DNA of 64,000 nucleotides from contig NC_043010.1 of NCBI RefSeq assembly GCF_006345805.1, forward strand, positions 29,946,001 to 30,010,000, given 5' to 3'. The DNA is from Octopus sinensis. Lineage: Eukaryota. Of this stretch, positions 61,575 to 64,000 are shown piece by piece (the stretch's first letter is position 1; each line of letters opens with the position of its first letter). A program made the translations under genes and the position numbers. Below the pieces are notes generated by a model. The model was given only the letters and a program-made list of their open reading frames with translations. It was not told the origin of the DNA and searched no databases.

Positions 61575-62577
61575 GAGGGGAATGGTCAATTATATCGATT
61601 CAGTACATGATTAGTATTTTATTTTAACGATTGCGGAAAGATGAAAAGCTTAGTTGTCCTCGGTGAAATTAAAACTCGAAATGTAAAGAGCCAAAATTAA
61701 TACTGTAAAGTTTTTTGGTCGACGTTCTAACGCAGTGGTTCTCACCCGAGGTCCATATGTTCCCGAGTGGGGTGGGAGATTCCATATAAGCTTTATGGGG
61801 GGTCCAAGCCAGCAAAATAGTAAATTGGCGATCCACGAGGATCAGTTAATTAGGATTTTATTCAACATATTCTCATCTCAGATTCACAAACTTCAGTTTT
61901 TCTAAGCCCTGCAAAAGAACTCGGAAGGTTGGGCCTCCAACCAGGCCTTTCCCGACACCCTTAAAGCCAGGAACTTTTTAGCACCCACTCGTACTATATT
62001 AAGAACCCTTAATATTAAGATCCTTAATATATTAAGGGCCCTTAAAAAAAATGTTACTTTGGTTGTATTTATCACAAGAAACAGCTAGGTTTCTTTCTTT
62101 GACATTTTACATACTTCGGCTTACACAAGTTCATATGTGAAAAGATGAAGAGCAAAACAGGAATTTTGAAAGAGGTAAATATAAAACTAGTTTTAAAAAA
62201 TCGAATGGCTATGGTGGTGGTGGTGGGGTGTCCACTACAATAAAATTGGGTCCTTTTCTGTTTGGCTGTACCTCTCTTTACTCTATTACTCTTTTACTTG
62301 TTTCAGTCATTTGACTGTGGCCATGCTGGAGCAGCATCGGTTGTCAAGCGATGTTGGGGGGACAAACACAGACACATAAACATACACATACATATACATA
62401 CATACATATATACATACATATATATATATACACATACACATACACGACGGGCTTCTTTCAGTTTCCGTCTACCAAATCCACCCATAAGGCTTTGGTTGCC
62501 CAAGGTGCCACGCAGTAAGACTGAACTCGGAACCATGTGGTTCATAAGCAAGCTACTTACCACACAGCCACTCCTGT
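61575..62577. mobile_element. SINE A(-) 61575-61735, hAT-like MITE end 61733-61830, internally deleted SINE B(-) 62275-62577
   Basis: Family alignments; CAGTGGTTCTCACC resembles hAT/Charlie TIRs but no partner TIR was found. Confidence 0.7.
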
Positions 62578-63479
62578 GGAAATTTCAAAGTGAAGATTTT
62601 AAGATTTGGTGTAGTGATGTAATTTTTCACGTTGAATCTCGGGGGATATTTAACTTTTCCCAGAAAATTTTTAAAAGAAAGTTACAAAGATTTAAAATTT
62701 AATAATCTTTACCCAGTCAGAGAACAGGATTTGGAAGCTGTCATTTAATGCGTGACAGCACGTGTTGTCAACTGTAAACAAATGAAATATTGGCGGAATT
62801 CTGCTTTGCGCACGTCATATAACCCCTCATAACTTTTTCATTTTTGGGAATTTTCAGAAAACTTTGCGAATTTGTATTCTACACACGGGAATTTATACGA
62901 TTATGTAATAATAAAGAAATGGGTGCGTGATTTAAGGCCTACTTAGCTATTATTTTTAGCAAATCTTCACAACCATCATTTAATAAGCGAAAAATGACTG
63001 CATGAGTAAATAATTTGAGAACAGCTTGGCTTGTTACTATGGAAACAAGCAAGAATGTATCTGTGTAAAGTTACCCCAAATTTGCAAACTTTAAAAACTA
63101 TTAACTCTTTATTTCTTGATTAATGGCGAAAATGAATTTCATGTCAATGATAAGCATACAAAACTACATCATTACATCCAATAGGAAATCAATTGGAACA
63201 GAAATTTAAGAAATTGAAAAGTGGCAGTCAAACAGCAAAGATCCCAAAATTGTAATCAAAAAACAAAAAAGTTGAGAATCACTGTTCCAACGGTTATTCT
63301 AAAACCTGGGAAGCCAGCTCTAAGCAAATAGAGGTAAAACAGTCAGCTACTGGACTCACGTATTACTTCGAAACGACGAAGAAATGTCAGCGCGGTTACT
63401 AGATTATTTAGACATAGTAAGCCAAATTTATGGGCTGTGGCTTGCTGTCAGTAAATACAATTGGGCTCAGTGATTTGAT

Positions 63480-64000
63480 TTTCCTGGGGGACCTGTAATA
63501 CTGCTAAAACGACCCTATCTTGGTGTCACGGTAACTTGGGGGTTAAACGAATGTTCGTATGTCTATTTCCTTTGCTCGTTTAATCCCATCATTTATTAAT
63601 GATGTTGGGTAATGTCTCTTGATTAGTATCGATCTGAGTTCAAGGAGTCTTCGTTCACGAATATTGGTGTCCGAAACTATGGTACAGATTCTTTTTGCTA
63701 GATTATAAGGTATATTAATTTTCATGTGTTTGGGGTGGCATGAGTTGAATAATAGGTATTGTTTTGAATCTGTGGGTACTATTTTAATTAGGATGTTATT
63801 GCTGTGTTCCATGGTAAATTATATGTTGCTATTGATATTGTTGAGCATTATTTTGAAATCGAGGAGTTTGTCCATGATATCTTTCCAAAGTCTAAAGCAA
63901 TCGTCCAAATACCTCTTCCAGTTCTCCTTTAAATAGCAATGTAATGTAGTGCCATATTTTTGTAATGATGATTGGTATATTTTAAGTTCTAGGTAACCCA
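63480..64000 (-). mobile_element. Penelope-like element RT C-terminal fragment, runs off the right edge
   Basis: PTDSKQYLLFNSCHPKHMKINIPYNLAKRICTIVSD..LIKRHYP. Confidence 0.88.

Noticed and set aside
61985-62045. Three short ATTAAG..CTTAAT palindromes
   Set aside because: AT-rich slippage-type repeats with nothing else supporting function.
63340-63400. Hammerhead next to the right-hand Penelope fragment (..TTCGAAACGACG)
   Set aside because: No CUGANGA core or convincing stems.

Overview
Eukaryotic, AT-rich, microsatellite-dense DNA. The repeat landscape (two abundant tRNA-derived SINE families, RTE LINEs with (GAT)n tails, TA/CA runs, clustered C2H2 genes) looks like an octopus genome; this is from pattern recognition, not a search. 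Only two host protein-coding regions are supportable: tandem minus-strand C2H2 zinc-finger genes, each with one coding exon (ZNF-A 7657-6608, 8 fingers; ZNF-B 27119-25896, 3+3 fingers), probably fed by non-coding 5' exons from CpG-rich islands near 11.5 kb and 35.5-36 kb. The rest is transposon-derived: three RTE copies with a PHD finger inside the RT, a full-length decayed Tc1, two Penelope-like fragments, an R4/Dong LINE in (AAT)n, a rearranged Tx1/L1 array, an LTR candidate followed by a CCA-ended tRNA-Trp copy, piggyBac-type and 8-bp-TSD MITEs, a Helitron nest and about 25 SINE copies. Most interesting: ZNF-A helices predict a site matching the RTE 3' tail (hypothesis only); an intact minimal hammerhead ribozyme at 32856-32898; a 16x34-bp minisatellite derived from a SINE segment inside a 5.3-kb Helitron inverted repeat; and sharp CpG-poor/CpG-rich domains. 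Repeat boundaries are by eye (about +/-20 bp) unless a TIR or TSD is quoted.
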